From the human T2T-CHM13v2.0 reference genome, Homo sapiens, in the NCBI RefSeq assembly GCF_009914755.1, contig NC_060937.1: a stretch of DNA of 64,000 bases; one strand, given 5' to 3'. This document shows positions 12,685-27,870 of this stretch, piece by piece. The number at the start of each line of letters is the position of its first letter. Position 1 is the stretch's first letter. The notes under the pieces were generated by a model. The model did no database searches. It saw nothing but the letters and a program-made list of their open reading frames with translations, and was not told the origin of the DNA. The translations under genes and the position numbers were made by a program.

Positions 12685-14308
12685 GGATTCCCTTCTTTTT
12701 AAGGCTGGTGTTAATGCTCCCTCCATGGGCAGATGTTAGCTAGGTTTGGTCCTGGTTTCCTTTCTGCTCTACCAGGACAGCACTAAGTTCAAAGCCTCTG
12801 AACTGCTGTGTTCGCCCTCCTCCAGCACTCAGATGCTCTCTCCACACCCACACCACTACTGCAGAGGGTGTGGGATGGGTGACATCAGTGATTCAAGACT
12901 GTTTTTTCTGTTTCTTCAGTGCCTCTTTCAGCGACATGAAGTTAAAACCAGGTTCTATGAGTGCTCACCTACTTTTTGGTTCTTAGGAAGTTAATTTTTT
13001 CTGTGTAGATAGTTGTCACCTTGGTGTCCTTGCAGTGGGAGATGATTGGTGGAGCTTTCTATTCTGCTATCTCGCTCTGCCTCCCCTCCCTAGAATTTCT
13101 TATTGAATAGGAAAATATTGTTTTTAACACTATATTGTGGTTTATAAAACATTGTGGTCATATCGACAATAGTAAAATAAATTCATTTTATCTTAATAGT
13201 TAACTTTTTAGCTGAATTTACAGTAGATGCCACAAGAATGTCAGTTATTTCACTTTTGGAAAAATATCCATTCAGAAGTCTTTAATTATTTGAACTGGAT
13301 TTTTTAAACATAATTTTTTATTATTGCAATTAATTTATTTTCTCTTTGAAGAATCAAGCAACAGTGATATGGGTGTGGGGTGGTGAGGCACAACATCAGA
13401 GAAACATTCTAGGCCTATAACTAACTCTTATAAAATTAATGATGAAAGATAACACTTTTCTGAGTCATTTCACAGCATGGGCACTTCAAGACACACAAAC
13501 GCAAAATCAGCCATTACAAGAAAAGTGATTGATCCATGGATTTACATGACCAGTAATCCAAGACTGTCTATTCCACCTGGTGTCATACCTGGCAAGTAGC
13601 TTTAAAATAAGCAGTTATTTCAGCAATATTAAAGAGACAAATAGCCATAAAAAACTGCATTTGACAAGTGAAATATCTGATTGCTTTATACAGCCATTAG
13701 ACTCTCAAAAGTAACAGAGAAATGCCTTTTTTAAAGATATTTAGTGAAAAGTCTCAAAAAGCAAAATTTTTAGATACGGAGCTAAATGACTAGAAAAGGA
13801 AATGCCATTCAGCTCCTGAGAAACTAATAATTCCAGCATGTAAATTATATGGGGTAAATGCTGACACAAGATGTAAAATGAGAAATTGAAAAGGTTCCAC
13901 TCACAAAAGTAATATACATAAATGTATTGATGATATGTCACTTGAGGCTGAAGGGGTTTCATATAATAAACAACATCTTCTCAATCTAGGTGGATGATTC
14001 AACAGATTTCCCCCATAAATGCCATGCTGAAGTGTTTATCTGATTTGTAAATGGTGGTGAAATTAAATACAACTCAGTCTGCAACAAATTACTGCCTGAG
14101 ACAAGCAAACGCTAAGATATATTTAATGGTTTGTCTTCCCATGTAAAAATAAAATGTCTGCTTCGGAATTGCTGTGTTTGTATCTATAATGATGTTTACC
14201 TTGATGAGAGGTTTTGCTTCCCTTATGAGAAAGAAAACAAAAGAAAATCTGATTTGATAGACTGCATCTTTCACAGTGAGGTGTTAGTGTCAAAGATTCT
14301 TGTAGTTG

Positions 14309-14930
14309 AGAGAGGAGGGGCAGAGCAAGGTGGTGAAATAGGTCTCTCTAGCAATTGTCTCCCAGAAGAAACATCAATTTGAACAGCTATCTATACAGAA
14401 AATATCTTCACAAGAGCCAAGAAAGCCAAGTGAGAGATCACAGTACCTGGTTGTAGCACAATAATAAGAAATGATGCCTTGAAGAACCAGGAAGGAAAAT
14501 TTTACATTATCCACATCACCCCTTTCCCAATCTCAGGCAGCAAAGCAGAGAGAAAGATAATAGCTGCTTATGAAAAAGAAAAATAAAAGTGAGCACAGGG
14601 CTGTACCTTGGACTCCAACTTTGGGCCTGCCACACACACAAAAAAACAATTTGGCACCTGATAGACTCCCACTTCCCCAGACTCCAAGACCTACCAGTAA
14701 TGAACTATCTGAAAAATAAATCAAGAAAACAAGCCCATTTACAATAGCTACCAAAAAAAATGGTATATAGGAGGAATAAACATAACCAAGGACATGAAAA
14801 ACCGCTACACTGAAAACTATAAAACATCGATGAAAGAACATCAGTGGAAGGATATCTCATGTATCTGAATTGGAAGAAAAAATATTATTAAAATGCCCAT
14901 ACTCTAAACCCTAAAATAAACTACAGATGT
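14309..14930 (+). mobile_element. L1M fragment: 5' UTR start joined to an ORF2 piece
   Basis: gagaggaggggcagagcaaggtgg is an L1 5' start. From ~14690, aatgaactatctgaaaaataaatcaagaaaacaa..catttacaatagctac is mid-ORF2. Confidence 0.75.
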
Positions 14931-14934
14931 TCAG

Positions 14935-15370
14935 CAATAATAATGCATCAGTGTAGGTTCATCAATTACAACTAATAGACCACTCTGGTGGGGGAAGTTG
15001 AGAGTAGGGGCCGGAGTAGGTGGGACTATGTGTGTGTGGAAGCAGGTGGCACTATATATGGTGACTCTCTTTGTTTTCTGCTCACTTTTATGAACCTACA
15101 ACTGCTCTAAAAATAAAACTTATGACTATTATCATTTTTAAATAAAAAAAGAGTAAGACTGTAACAGCCAAGAGATGCCTAAGGAGACATCACAACTAAA
15201 TTTAATATGGTTTCCTGGACAAGATCCTAGAACAGAAAAATGTCATTGAGTAAAATCTAAAGAAATATATATTAAATAACGTACAGATTTTAGCTAGTAA
15301 CAGTGTATCAATATTGGTTCATTAATTGTGCTGAATACACTCCAAAATATAAGCTATTAATATCAGAAGA
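14935..15370 (+). mobile_element. L1MC/L1MD 3' UTR fragments
   Basis: cagtgtaggttcatcaatt...tgaacctacaactgctctaaaaataaa; aaggagacatcacaactaaat...gatcctagaacagaaaa. Confidence 0.7.
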
Positions 15371-15384
15371 AATTACATTATCTA

Positions 15385-15530
15385 ATCATCATAATAATTT
15401 TAACAGGTAGATATTATTGTTTATCCCAATCCAAGATATGCAAAAGCTGAGGGGTAAAAGACTAAGGTATTTGTTCAAGCACTCACAGCTAATTTGACAG
15501 GAAAATCAAGGTTTGTATTCAACCACCTGG
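15385..15530 (-). mobile_element. MIR SINE fragment
   Basis: aggtagatattattg..atcccaat..aaaagctgagg..cacagcta core. Confidence 0.5.
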
Positions 15531-18428
15531 GTTAAAAACAAAAATAAAAGACACTAAAAGAAAATTTAAAATAAAAAATTACAAAGGCAATAGAAAAATA
15601 AGTAACAAATTAGCAGGAAGTATTTCAACACATAGAACCAAAAAGTGAAGAAAAAGTAAAACTAATGTCCTCAATAAAAAGAAAATTAGAAAAAAAAATG
15701 ACGGATGTCTTGCAGAAAACATGAGTGATCGTTAAGTATATGAAAATATTTTAAAAATTAAAATGTCTTGTATGAAATGTTAAGTGTTCAATATTAGCAG
15801 GGTAATAGAAATATATGGAAGGGAAATAATTGTATATTATGTAATTAATACATGTTAATAATATATTGCATTTGTTTCTTAGCATTTTCCTTTTGATTCC
15901 ATCATTACATTTAGGAATATTAATGATCATTATTGCTTTATTTTATCCTCTTCTATTTTGTCTGTGAACTTTTTGGGGTGCAGATATTCTATTTTACCTT
16001 AAATATTAGCATCTATCATAGTAATCTATTTTCAAAAATATAAATGTCTGTTAAGTGGACAAATAAATACTAATTTTCTTCTTCTCATTGGACATTCATG
16101 TTTATGGTGTAAACAGCATAGCAGGCATTCATCATACACGTCTTTGTTTAATCCATCTAGCATTTTAAAATTTGATTTCCTATTATCATCCTAATGTCAT
16201 CCAAGAGTTTATTTCTTCATTTCACCAAAACTTACATGATTTCAATAGTATCTCAATTTTAAATTAGTTCAAAGAATGTGAAGCACTTTAATTTAGGTTA
16301 TTTCATTTAATTTATGTTTAAAAAATGTAATTGTCATCCCAGTTTAATTGAAAAGACCAGGAGATGGAGAGATACAAAGTGGTTATCCAAGTTTATATCA
16401 ATTACAAATGGTAAAGTCATAATCCCAATCCAGAACTTCAAATTTTTTAACTTTTTTTGATTACAACATAGCTGCCTGCTTATGTTGTAACTTACGTTGT
16501 AATATCCAACTTTGAAGTTCTATGACATTGATTAGTGGAATGTTCTTTAATAAATGGTGAAACAGAATTATCATCTATCATAATACTATTTTCTATTTAT
16601 TTACAAATGAAATAAATAGAGAAATAATTAAAGATTTTACACCAACCTTCCAGGCAGGAAGTTTCTTAAGAAACATTTCTGAGTTTTGTAATTATAAAAT
16701 GAAAAGACTATGACCTTACTCTGAAAGTGTTAGATCCATCAGACATCTAAAGAAATTCTACATACACAGAATATTTCATATTTAGCAGTGTATAAGATGA
16801 GACGAGATCACTCTGTCAAATATAAAATAACTGGAAAAATGCAGTAAAGGACATATATAAACAAACTTAAAACAGAGCTACTACATAGGGACAGGTGCCA
16901 TTGTAGCAGATTAGTAGTGTCCCAAGTAATTGCACTCTTTTCTATTTTTATAATTTTTTACATACCTGTATAAAGCAGTAAATATTAGAATTAATATTTA
17001 TACTGTTTCAAATAAATAATTTCAATGTACCTTATTACTTATGATTTAAAATATTGAGCTATTTTATGCAATTGATGTCTTCCAAGTCTCTGCACATACA
17101 GGAGGAAAAAACGGGACCTAGTTGCTCTGAGTGTGTCCTTCTCTCAATATCTATGGTTCTGTAAACATGAAAATACTGTCTACAAGCTTTCACAGATTCA
17201 AATTACTATCTCTATGCAAGTAAATATTTATTTACACAAAAGAAACAACTAAAATAAAAACTATGCAATTCTCTGAACTCATAAGGTTTGTAATCTCATG
17301 TGTCTCTGAAGTTCAAGAATCATTCTTACTCCAGAAAACAAAAATTGGATTGACTATGGGTAAAAGTTTTTAAAAATAATTAAATGAAGCATTCTCATTC
17401 TGTACACCAAAAAGCCATTTTTAATAAGATAATTTGAGTTTATTGTCTTCTTTTTTTCAGATTTCTGTCTCCTGCTCTCACAGTGTAATTTCTGAAAAAT
17501 GCTCAAAGTGGGGCTTTAATATTTACATTTAACAAATGATTTAATATCACTGTTTTTGTTTGCCCAGAGTGTAGATAAGGGAAAAAAAACTTTAATATAA
17601 ATTTTATTCTACAAGTCTACATAGGAAAAAAATAACTCATTTTAGAGGTATTATAACATTTTTCTTAACTTGGTTACACATTAAGCTTAAAATGTTGCAA
17701 AGCACTGGTGGAGAGGTTTTGTTTGACTTTACTATTTTTGGAAACCATATTTCATTTATACATGTGCTTGATTTTTCCATGTGCAGAGTGAGTGACAGGA
17801 GGAAATAATCCCCAAACCCATTAACACTCTGATCTCTAACACCATATGTTTCACAGTAATTTCGTGCCCATTCTTTAGGGTATTTGTTGTGATATAATTA
17901 AATGGATTTGGGGAAATAAGGACACTAACTTCTGGTGGGTGAACAGATTGAAAAGGCAAAAATTGAGAGCATGGGTCAAGTTTGTGTCAATAGTTACGTG
18001 ACTCTTTTATCATATTAAAATTTACTCTATCAAAAGTGAATAAAGTATTTGCTCATATATCAAAATTAGAAAATACAGTTACTTAGGAGACAAAGTTAGC
18101 CTTAGATTTTAGGACTTTGTCGAAACCATTTATATGAATATTACTTGTATATATTTCAAATTTGACTTCAACAATCAGACCAAAGAAAGTATAAATATTG
18201 TAAAGTATTTTATTTATGCAGATGAGAGCTTATTACATTGAAAAATAGGAGGTAGAATTAGAGATTGAAATACTTGAGACTATTTTATGAATTTACTAAA
18301 ATCTGTTTGAATCTGAGATAAAAACAAGTTCAACATCAAGATTTGAGAATTTATAAGATATAAACCATAACAGAAATTTTTAGAATATTCTTTCAGTTGC
18401 TACTTATAAATTAACATTTATTTTTAAA

Positions 18429-18430
<2 letters not shown>

Positions 18431-18477
<47 letters not shown>

Positions 18478-18507
18478 CATGTGTATATGCTTGTGTGTGT
18501 GTGCGCG
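18431..18507. repeat. (AT)18 followed by (GTAT)n/(GT)n compound microsatellite
   Basis: Read directly. Confidence 0.95.
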
Positions 18508-18718
18508 TTGTTTTCATGGGGGTTTTATTATCTTTGTTAAGAAAATACAAATTTCTTTTCTGAGAGCTATGTAATCAATCCAGAACCACCACATACTCAT
18601 CTAATTCTTTTTTTAGTAGTGATGGGCCATAAATCCCCCTGGCTCTATGGCTTGATGTGGAAATCGGACCTGCCTCTTCATAGCAAGTGCCTGTCGAGAA
18701 TGAATATCTAAAATGAGC

Positions 18719-19253
18719 TGTCAAAGAAAAATTGCACTAATGCAGTTAAATAGGCAAGGAAGATTGTGTTCAAAACTATGATAATGGTCAAGACTCTCGC
18801 AATAGAAGAAAAATTGAACTCAATTCCACTGAAACAAAAGGTGGGAAAATTTTTAAACTCTGAGATGAGCTAATGAAAAAATACAAGAGGACAGAACATT
18901 AAACGGAGAAGTGGATCAATGTGATTAGGTGATCTGTGTTTGATAATTGCCCCATATTGCTGTTAGGATCCCACCCTCCCATAGACACTGGTAGACAGGA
19001 GCTCTAGCTATTTCCATGATTACATTTCAAATGAATGGTTTCGGGGTTCTTGAGAAAGAATTTGTTCTTGGTTTGTAAAACTGGCAAGGGGCTGAGAGAA
19101 GATTTACATACGAAAGGGGCAGAGAAAAATCTGCAATTACACGGTTTTTTTTAAGTGAATACTCCAGGAAAAGGGCAATCACGGGCATAAAGTCAGGAAG
19201 AAGTCTTCTAAAGGTTAATCAAAAGGAGAGGAATGTTAAGGTCATCTTAGCTA
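18719..19253 (-). mobile_element. ERV1 solo LTR (MER67-like)
   Basis: tgtcaaagaaaa...gttaaataggcaaggaaga...ggaatgttaaggtcatcttag matches the recalled MER67 consensus in reverse. Confidence 0.7.
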
Positions 19254-20689
19254 GTACTCGAAGAAAAGTATGCCCAAATACTTTCAGTAAGGTATGGTAA
19301 ATTAATGATCAAGAATAAAAGGACAAATGGTAGATATATGAGTGTAAAAATGACAGGAACAGGAAAATAGAGCAGAAAATGGAAGACTGCTCAAGTACAT
19401 TTAAAAAAATCACAATTTCAGGTGGATATATATATAAAATCTCAAATAGTACAGAAATATTGACAGGACAAGACTATTTAGAAGCTCTAAATATAATGTA
19501 CAAATATACAAATAATAAAGTCTTAAAAGTCAGCTTTAACTTTTGACTTAAAATGTAGAAGTAATTAATACTCTGGATTTTTTTCGGTATTTCCATTTCT
19601 AGAATTTTGGCTTAATATCTAAAAGTTGAATTCTAAACTTCATACCAAAATAGGGTACGGGGAAAAAAAAAGTGGTTCTCTTGAGTCAACCAAGAGTATA
19701 AATATATAAATTCTAATGTAGAAATTGGGATTTAGTCACATATTTTAAGTATATAATTATGAAACACCAAACTACTTATAACACTGAATTTTGACTAGGG
19801 ATTTCTAGGCACAAAATGCATTATCCAGTTAATTGAGCAAAGAACTAACAGGACTGCCAAGTTATATTAGGCAATTTCATAGTACTGAAAGGGCAATTTA
19901 AAATTTCACTGCTTAAACTGAATTATAAATTATAACTAAAAAGTGTTAGCCTGCCCATTTCAAGGTCTTTTTACTATCAAATCATTGTTTTTCACACATT
20001 AAAGATAAATGTGAATAAAATTGACTTATATTCAAGAAACTGTAATTTGTAAAATATATATGTCTATAAGATCACGTTTCTATTTACAAGTATCTGTAAA
20101 AGTGATATAAAAAGACATGGTTACATATTTGCACAAAATAAATAATAAAGTTAAAAAAGATGTAGGGGCCTTATAAGTACTCAACAATGATGGTTTAATC
20201 TTATTGATGTAAATGTTTGCAGCAAAATCCTATACTTTCCATTGCCTTAGCCAAGCTTTCATACAAGAGAGGCTAAGAGAATACTTACCTAATAACATTC
20301 AGAGTGTATTGTGGTGGTTGGGAGGGTATCTCCCAAAAGCAAAAATTAGGGGAAAAAAGAGAAGCAAGGCAGCAAAAAAGGAGCACAGTCACAGCATCAC
20401 AATGTCACAGATGATTGCTTAGTCTACAAAATGTCACCAGAGACTACTGAAATCACTCAGTCTCAAACAGTCCATTGTGGATCGGGGAGTGGGGTTGAGG
20501 GGTGGGGAGATAGCAATCAATTTGCCTGCTGGCTTCTTTCTGCTTTCTGCCTTTCACTGAGGAAAGAAAATTCACCCTTAGGGCACTGACTCCCTGTACT
20601 GTGACTTGGTGACAGACTGAAGAATCAATGCCAATCTTGTCTGGTCAGTGCTAAGACATAGTAAGTGGTTTTTCTTCTCATTTGGTATT

Positions 20690-20950
20690 GATAGTGGAAC
20701 TCCTCGGGTCTGTGGTTCCTGTAGTACAGTGATCTATGAATTAATAAGACAAATTCTGTCTCCAATTCCAACATTTACTACATTCCGTATATAAGGATGA
20801 AACAAGGAAAGCATAACGGCAATAAACATTGACGTTTGGAAGGAAATATTGACAGACTCACAGCAGTTACTGGTCTGGAATAATAATTAAACTCCTCTGA
20901 ATATACACTGTCTGCTCACTTTGATCTGGCAATGAGAAAAATTCATTCAA
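20690..20950 (-). mobile_element. MLT1-type MaLR internal fragment
   Basis: cataacggcaataaacatt...cacagcagttactggtc resembles MLT1-int; very diverged. Confidence 0.4.
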
Positions 20951-21299
20951 ATAATCACATTTTGCTCTCTGGAGAAGGGGAGCGACCTTGCCTATTATTC
21001 TCTTGTCTGTGATCTGGTTTTTGCCTTAATTTGTCTAAAAATATACTCATGAAAGAGGGAAACAGAAAGACATTGTTGAGACTAGGAGGGTCTGCCATAA
21101 TAATCTCTGCATCCACTTTTGTAAACTTCAAGTCTTTTCTCCCAATAGGAGCCACAGTAATCTATTTAATAGATATCGTATCTTGTCATCTATCTAAATA
21201 AATCAGCATTTTCCATGGTTTCCCATTGGTTATTGAATAACATTATGGGAAATAGCACACCACACAAAGCACACTTTTAATTCGATATTGACCTGTGGG

Positions 21300-21670
21300 T
21301 CATTTTCTAAATCTCTTCTTGTTTCACTCTCTCTGACATTCACTACCCTCTAGTAGCTTACATTCCTTTAGTGCCTTTAACTCTGGAGCTATTTCATGGT
21401 TTGGAGGTTTTGTTCTAAAAGCTTCTTGTCTCTACTTGGTGTTTCTGCATAACTGATTGCTTCTCATTTTTCAGGCCTCAACTTACATTCTTTTATCAGA
21501 AACATTTTTTTCTAGCCATGTTAGCTAGTAGAAACTCCAGTCATAATGTAATAATTCTCCTTTACTGAATTGCATTGGTTTCCTCTAGAGCATTTACTGT
21601 GATTTTTTAAAATTAAACTTAAAACATGTTTCTAATCTCCTCTCACCTTCTATTTGTAATTGTTGCTTTC
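21300..21670 (+). mobile_element. L2 3' fragment
   Basis: ctcatttttcaggcctcaactt..., tagagcatttactgt; L2 3'-end-like. Confidence 0.45.
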
Positions 21671-21841
21671 AGAACATTTCATGCAAAATAGGAAAATTCA
21701 CATACACACATATGTGTGTCAGTATGAAATAGAAATATTAAATAATAAATACATCCTTTTTGATGAGATTTGATTCATAGGGTATTATGATTTTGAATCT
21801 ATGTGATTAGCAATATTTGGAACTGTAGGAGAAAATTCTGA

Positions 21842-22105
<264 letters not shown>

Positions 22106-22284
22106 TAATTTTTGTATTTTTTAGTAGAGACGGGATTTCACCATATTGGCCAGGATGGTCTTGATCTCCTTGTAACACCTAAGGTTCTTGCCTAGCCATG
22201 CCAAAGAATTAGTATTGCAGCTGACTGTGGCAACACGGACCAAGAGAAAGCAAAAGGTGTAGGCTTAATTGAGTAAAGTGAAAG

Positions 22285-23068
<784 letters not shown>

Positions 23069-24209
23069 AAAGTACAAGCTTCCACAGCATGGAAGGGGTC
23101 CCGAATGGGTAGCCAGAGTTAGATTATATGATTGCCTTTTAAACTCTCTAAGGCATGAAATATGTGCGGCGGGAAGATGTTACCAGAGTGAGAAACAAAG
23201 GCAGTAAATTATTTTGTGACATGTCCTAGATTTTGAGGAAAACCGGAATTGCAACTTAGGTTTTATCTACCTTATGACCTTGCAGCGACATGGCAAAGGA
23301 GACAGGATCTTACAGGACTTTACAAAGTATGTTTACAAGGAATTGAAATTGGGAGTGTAGATAAGGTCCACTGGTTACAGAAAAAAGGGCAGTTAACATT
23401 CCTTTTACTTTAGATTCGGGGGAGGGGGCAAGGAGAGAGGGAGAGAGGACACAGGCAAACTTACAGCAAAATTTTAGCTGTTTATAGCTTTCCTGGGGAA
23501 GAAAACACATGCACGAATCCAGGTGTTAGGAATAGTTTAAGCATGTATCTTCAATATTATTCATCCAGGACCAAAGTAAGTCCTGATGCAGGAAATGAGA
23601 GAGTTTCACAGCTTTCTGAGCCCCTACTCGACCCAGGAAGCCCAGCTGGCACCTCCTCTCATCCTGACCTTGTGATCCTCCCACCTTGGCCTCCCAAAGC
23701 ACTGGGATTGCAGGAGTGAGCCACCAGGACCGGCCTCTACTTTTTAATAAATAGAAAAAGTATACTACGTGCACAGTGTTTGCAACTTAAATTATAATGT
23801 AAATAAAAGATTTTATACTTCAAAATATTTGAAATTTTTCTGGGCACCTATTTGAAATACCAATAATCAGGAAATAATTAAGAAAAAAATGACTCCTGCC
23901 CTTGGAACTAAAAATAAAACGTGGAAAATTAATCTATTTATGTAAGACAGTACAACGTGAGTTTGCTAAAAATCTTCCCTTGGAAAATAGAGCCAAACTC
24001 AGTATTTTTGAAAGCCAAGGTTTTTTCAGTGGTCATTTGCACATCTATAATGTCAACATTGATTTATACTCGTGAATTGAATCATGAATAATTACCATGT
24101 CAGTTTTAAATCACTTTTGTTTAATCTTAAAAGATTGTCATCAGTGTTTCCTGTTGTCATTAAGCATCTGGACATAGATTCTCAAGCACCTTCTTACAAT
24201 ATTTATGTA

Positions 24210-24515
24210 CAGTTATGCGTCACTCAACAATGGAGACACATCATAATAAATTTGTCATTAGGCAATTTTGTCACCTTGTGAACATCACAGAGATGGTATA
24301 ACCTAGGCTATTACTCCTAGTCTACAAACCTCTGCAGAATGTTACTGTACTCAATATTGTAGGCAACTGTAACACAATGGTATGTATTTGTGTATCTAAA
24401 CATATATAAACTTAGAAAAGGTCCAATTAAAAATATAATATTAGAATCTTTTAGGACCAATGTTATATAGTCTGTCATTCACCAAAATAAGACTGTTTGT
24501 ATGGACTTATGACTG
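24210..24515 (+). mobile_element. Tigger3a (MER7A)-like non-autonomous DNA transposon
   Basis: ta|cagttatgcgtcac...tgactg termini; aggcaactgtaacacaatggta..gtatctaaacata core. Confidence 0.8.
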
Positions 24516-25592
24516 CACAACTGTATGGACTTATTTTGATGATGCCATAGTAGTGTTAGTAGGCCGCTTGTATATGGAATTGAAAATAATTTTCCTCCTA
24601 CTGAGCCTTTTGCAGTACAAATCCCTGTGCTGTAAACAGTTGTATAAAATATAAAATTCTGAACATTTTCATCAACATATGAAAATCTACCCTGTAGTGA
24701 ATCACCATTGATATATCCATAATATACTCCAATGTATGTATAGGAGATTCTCTCTGCCTATTTGCTAAGGGTGGAGTGTGACTTTGAATTAAATCCACTG
24801 CTCATTTGTATATTATGTTGGTGTATACTACTTATTATGGACACTGCCATTTAAAAGTGAATTGCATTTAGCCCAGAGATTCAGGCTCATATTTATTACC
24901 TATATCTGTGTCAATCTGTTCTACGCATAGAGAAGTTAGTATATGATATTGAATCTATCTTCTTGGTATTAACTGTGTAAAAAAAAACACATAAAGCTTG
25001 ACTCTGAGGGCCTTTTATAGCTTAAGATAAGTTAATTTCAGAATTTATATTATTTAAATATTTGTTTTTTTTACAAAATTATATACTTTACAAATGCTTT
25101 CCATCTATGAAAGAGACTTCAAAAATGATTCATTATTTCCAAATATTATATTTTAGCAGTCTTTGAAACAATGTGACCCTATTTTGGCTAAAGAACCTTT
25201 GTCATGTTCTTCCTAAACTGTGGAAATCTTTGCAAAATTGGCAAACAATTAGTATAAGTATTATTTATTTTTGTGTGTGTATGTATTTATTAATAATTGA
25301 ATACTTTCATGCTACACTTATTTTTATAGACATAAACTTTTATACCAATGTCACAGAATTTGTAGAAATAAATGAGTGCAGACAACTTGTAGGCTATCTA
25401 CAATCAGTAAAATCATCAACATTTCTTTTCAATTTCATTTTATTTAATCATTTTAGGAACTAAAATGTCAATATCTCCAAAATTGTAGATCCAGTAATTT
25501 TAATATGAGGCACAGGCTAAAGCTTAGTCAAATTATATTAACCCAGCCCTTTTATTTGTAGGTATATTAACAAAAATTCAGTACTTAGGGCA

Positions 25593-25985
25593 TGCTACGA
25601 TCTGAATTTCCACCTCCACACAAATTTCTGTGTTGGAAACTTAATCTCCAGTGCAACATTGTTGGGAAGTGAGGCCTAATCAGGGGTGTTTAGGTCACAA
25701 GGACTCTATTTTTCATGAATGAATTAGTGTCATTATTAAAATGGCTTGGGAAAGTGGGTTTGCTTTCTTCTATTCTTCCGCTATGTGAAGGAACGACATT
25801 AATCTACTATTTGCCCTTCCACCTTTCACCTTGTGAGGATGCAGTAAAAAGGCCTTCATCAGATAGAGGCAATTTGTTCTTGGATTTCCCAGCTTACAAA
25901 ACTATGAGAAATAAATATCTATTTTTTTTTGTAAATTACCCAGTCTCAAGTATTTTGTTTTGGCAGCACAAAACAGACTAAGACA
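25593..25985 (+). mobile_element. MST-type (MSTD-like) MaLR solo LTR
   Basis: tgctac...aaattacccagtctc...cagactaagaca; TSD gggca/gtgca. Confidence 0.85.
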
Positions 25986-27825
25986 GTGCATATGCTACCC
26001 AGTAGATGATAAATGAACTATATTTTCTGTAATGCATCTTATGTCAAAACAGACTTCATTTCTTAGTAAATAGAAAATAAGTGAAGAAACAATAATTATT
26101 TCTGCATCAAGTCTATTTCTATGAGTGTGGGTGTTGGTGGAGTTCAATTTAAAGCAATCATTATATTTCAAGTATGTTAGCCATATAGTAGAAATAATAT
26201 TAGTAATTTACTCTTTTGATTATAGTTATTACTATTGTTAATATCATTATTACTATTATAAATTCAGCCATTCAGTTAATTGTCTTGGATGAAACAAAAG
26301 ATAAACTTATTCCTCCTGAGGCTGTTCATAAGCCCAAGATATTTCCATTTGAAATACACTCAAGATATCTTTCCAAGTTCTTTTGGAAATAAAATGTTAC
26401 TATTTTCCTGAAGATATTACAGTATGTTTCTTTTACCTCAATCTCTTTAAACGTGTGAAATAGCTGGAAACAAAATCTAGGCAGATGTTTATTTTTCTTC
26501 AGCATGATAATGTTCTTAGACACTTGGATTCTGCAGGTATTGATGGTGATTGACACTTAGAATTTTTTTTTAATTCTGTAAATTGTAAATTGAATTTAGC
26601 CCATTCTCCTAATTGCATTCTTTTCCAATTTCTGTTAGATGTATGTTGAAGCATCAGAATCTATCCTACAGGCCTTACACAAAATTTATGAATTTGTTAT
26701 AAATTCTTGTTCTCTTTGTTTTATGGTTTTTGTGAGCAATTAGGTATGGTGTTCCATCTCACGGATTATCTTTCCAACTGTAGTCAGGAAAGAGTTTATC
26801 TCATTTATTAATTTCCATGACTCTGTTTTTTATTCTAAGCTTGCTACATTTTATTTAAAAATTTTATTTTCTATTATATGTTTGTGTATCTTTCCTTTAT
26901 ACTGTCTTCCTAATTGTAAAGAAAGATATTCTTTGGTTAATCATTGAGGTGTCTGATTATCAAACCACAGTCACCAAAATCAGAAATCTTAAGTAGGATT
27001 CAAATTTGTTAATAATCTAAATGATACAAGTAATTGTCAGACAACTCTCCAGGTTTTTCATGTTACATTAAAATGAATCTAGTTGAGATTTAATATATGA
27101 AATTCTAAATGACGCATGTGGTGCATCCTTCACACAGAAAGATCTATTTCAGTTATAAAATATGTCTGATTTGTATTCTGATAATTACATAGGTGGTATT
27201 AATGTTTTAGTTTGCCTCATCAAGCCATAAATTTGAGGTTTTTAGACTATAAACAACCTAGAAAGGACAGGTATATCCTGCTAAAGATATTTGGTAAAAA
27301 CTCCTTCTTCATTATTTAATGAGATTTGGCCAGATCATTTATTTTTTGTTTTTCTTCTCTCCAGAAGAACCTAGAGGAGGGAAAATGTAAGCCAAGCTTT
27401 CATTCCCAATTACATTTAGCCTCCTAAACATGTAATTGTAAAGTCTTTATCAGACATTTTGATTAAATTAGTTTCAATAGGACTTTATTTATATTTAGTT
27501 TGTATGTGTGTGTGTTTAGAATTAGATTTGCTTACGTGCTTTGAAAGTTTGATTATTGCCTCAGTTTGACTAAGATAATATTGTTATTTTTTTCTTTGTA
27601 TCTTTTTTGCCATGTCTCCTGTGCCATTTTGTTATCTTTCTAGTGTATGTGTCTGTAGTCATAACCCATTACTTTTCAGCTTGATAAAGAGAATTTTTAG
27701 GCCCTTTTTCAAAATCAGGAACACAGGTCTCAATTTCTATTGTTATACCTTCTATTGTTATACCTCATCTTTTGCCCCATTCACTGTTTTTGTTTGTTTG
27801 GTTTGGCTTGGTTTCTGATCTACTA

Positions 27826-27826
<1 letters not shown>

Positions 27827-27867
<41 letters not shown>
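27827..27867. repeat. (TG)20 microsatellite
   Basis: Read directly. Confidence 0.97.

Positions 27868-27870
<3 letters not shown>

Noticed and set aside
17438-17485. Strong-looking splice acceptor (ttgtcttctttttttcag)
   Set aside because: No matching donor or reading frame; such tracts are common in AT-rich DNA.
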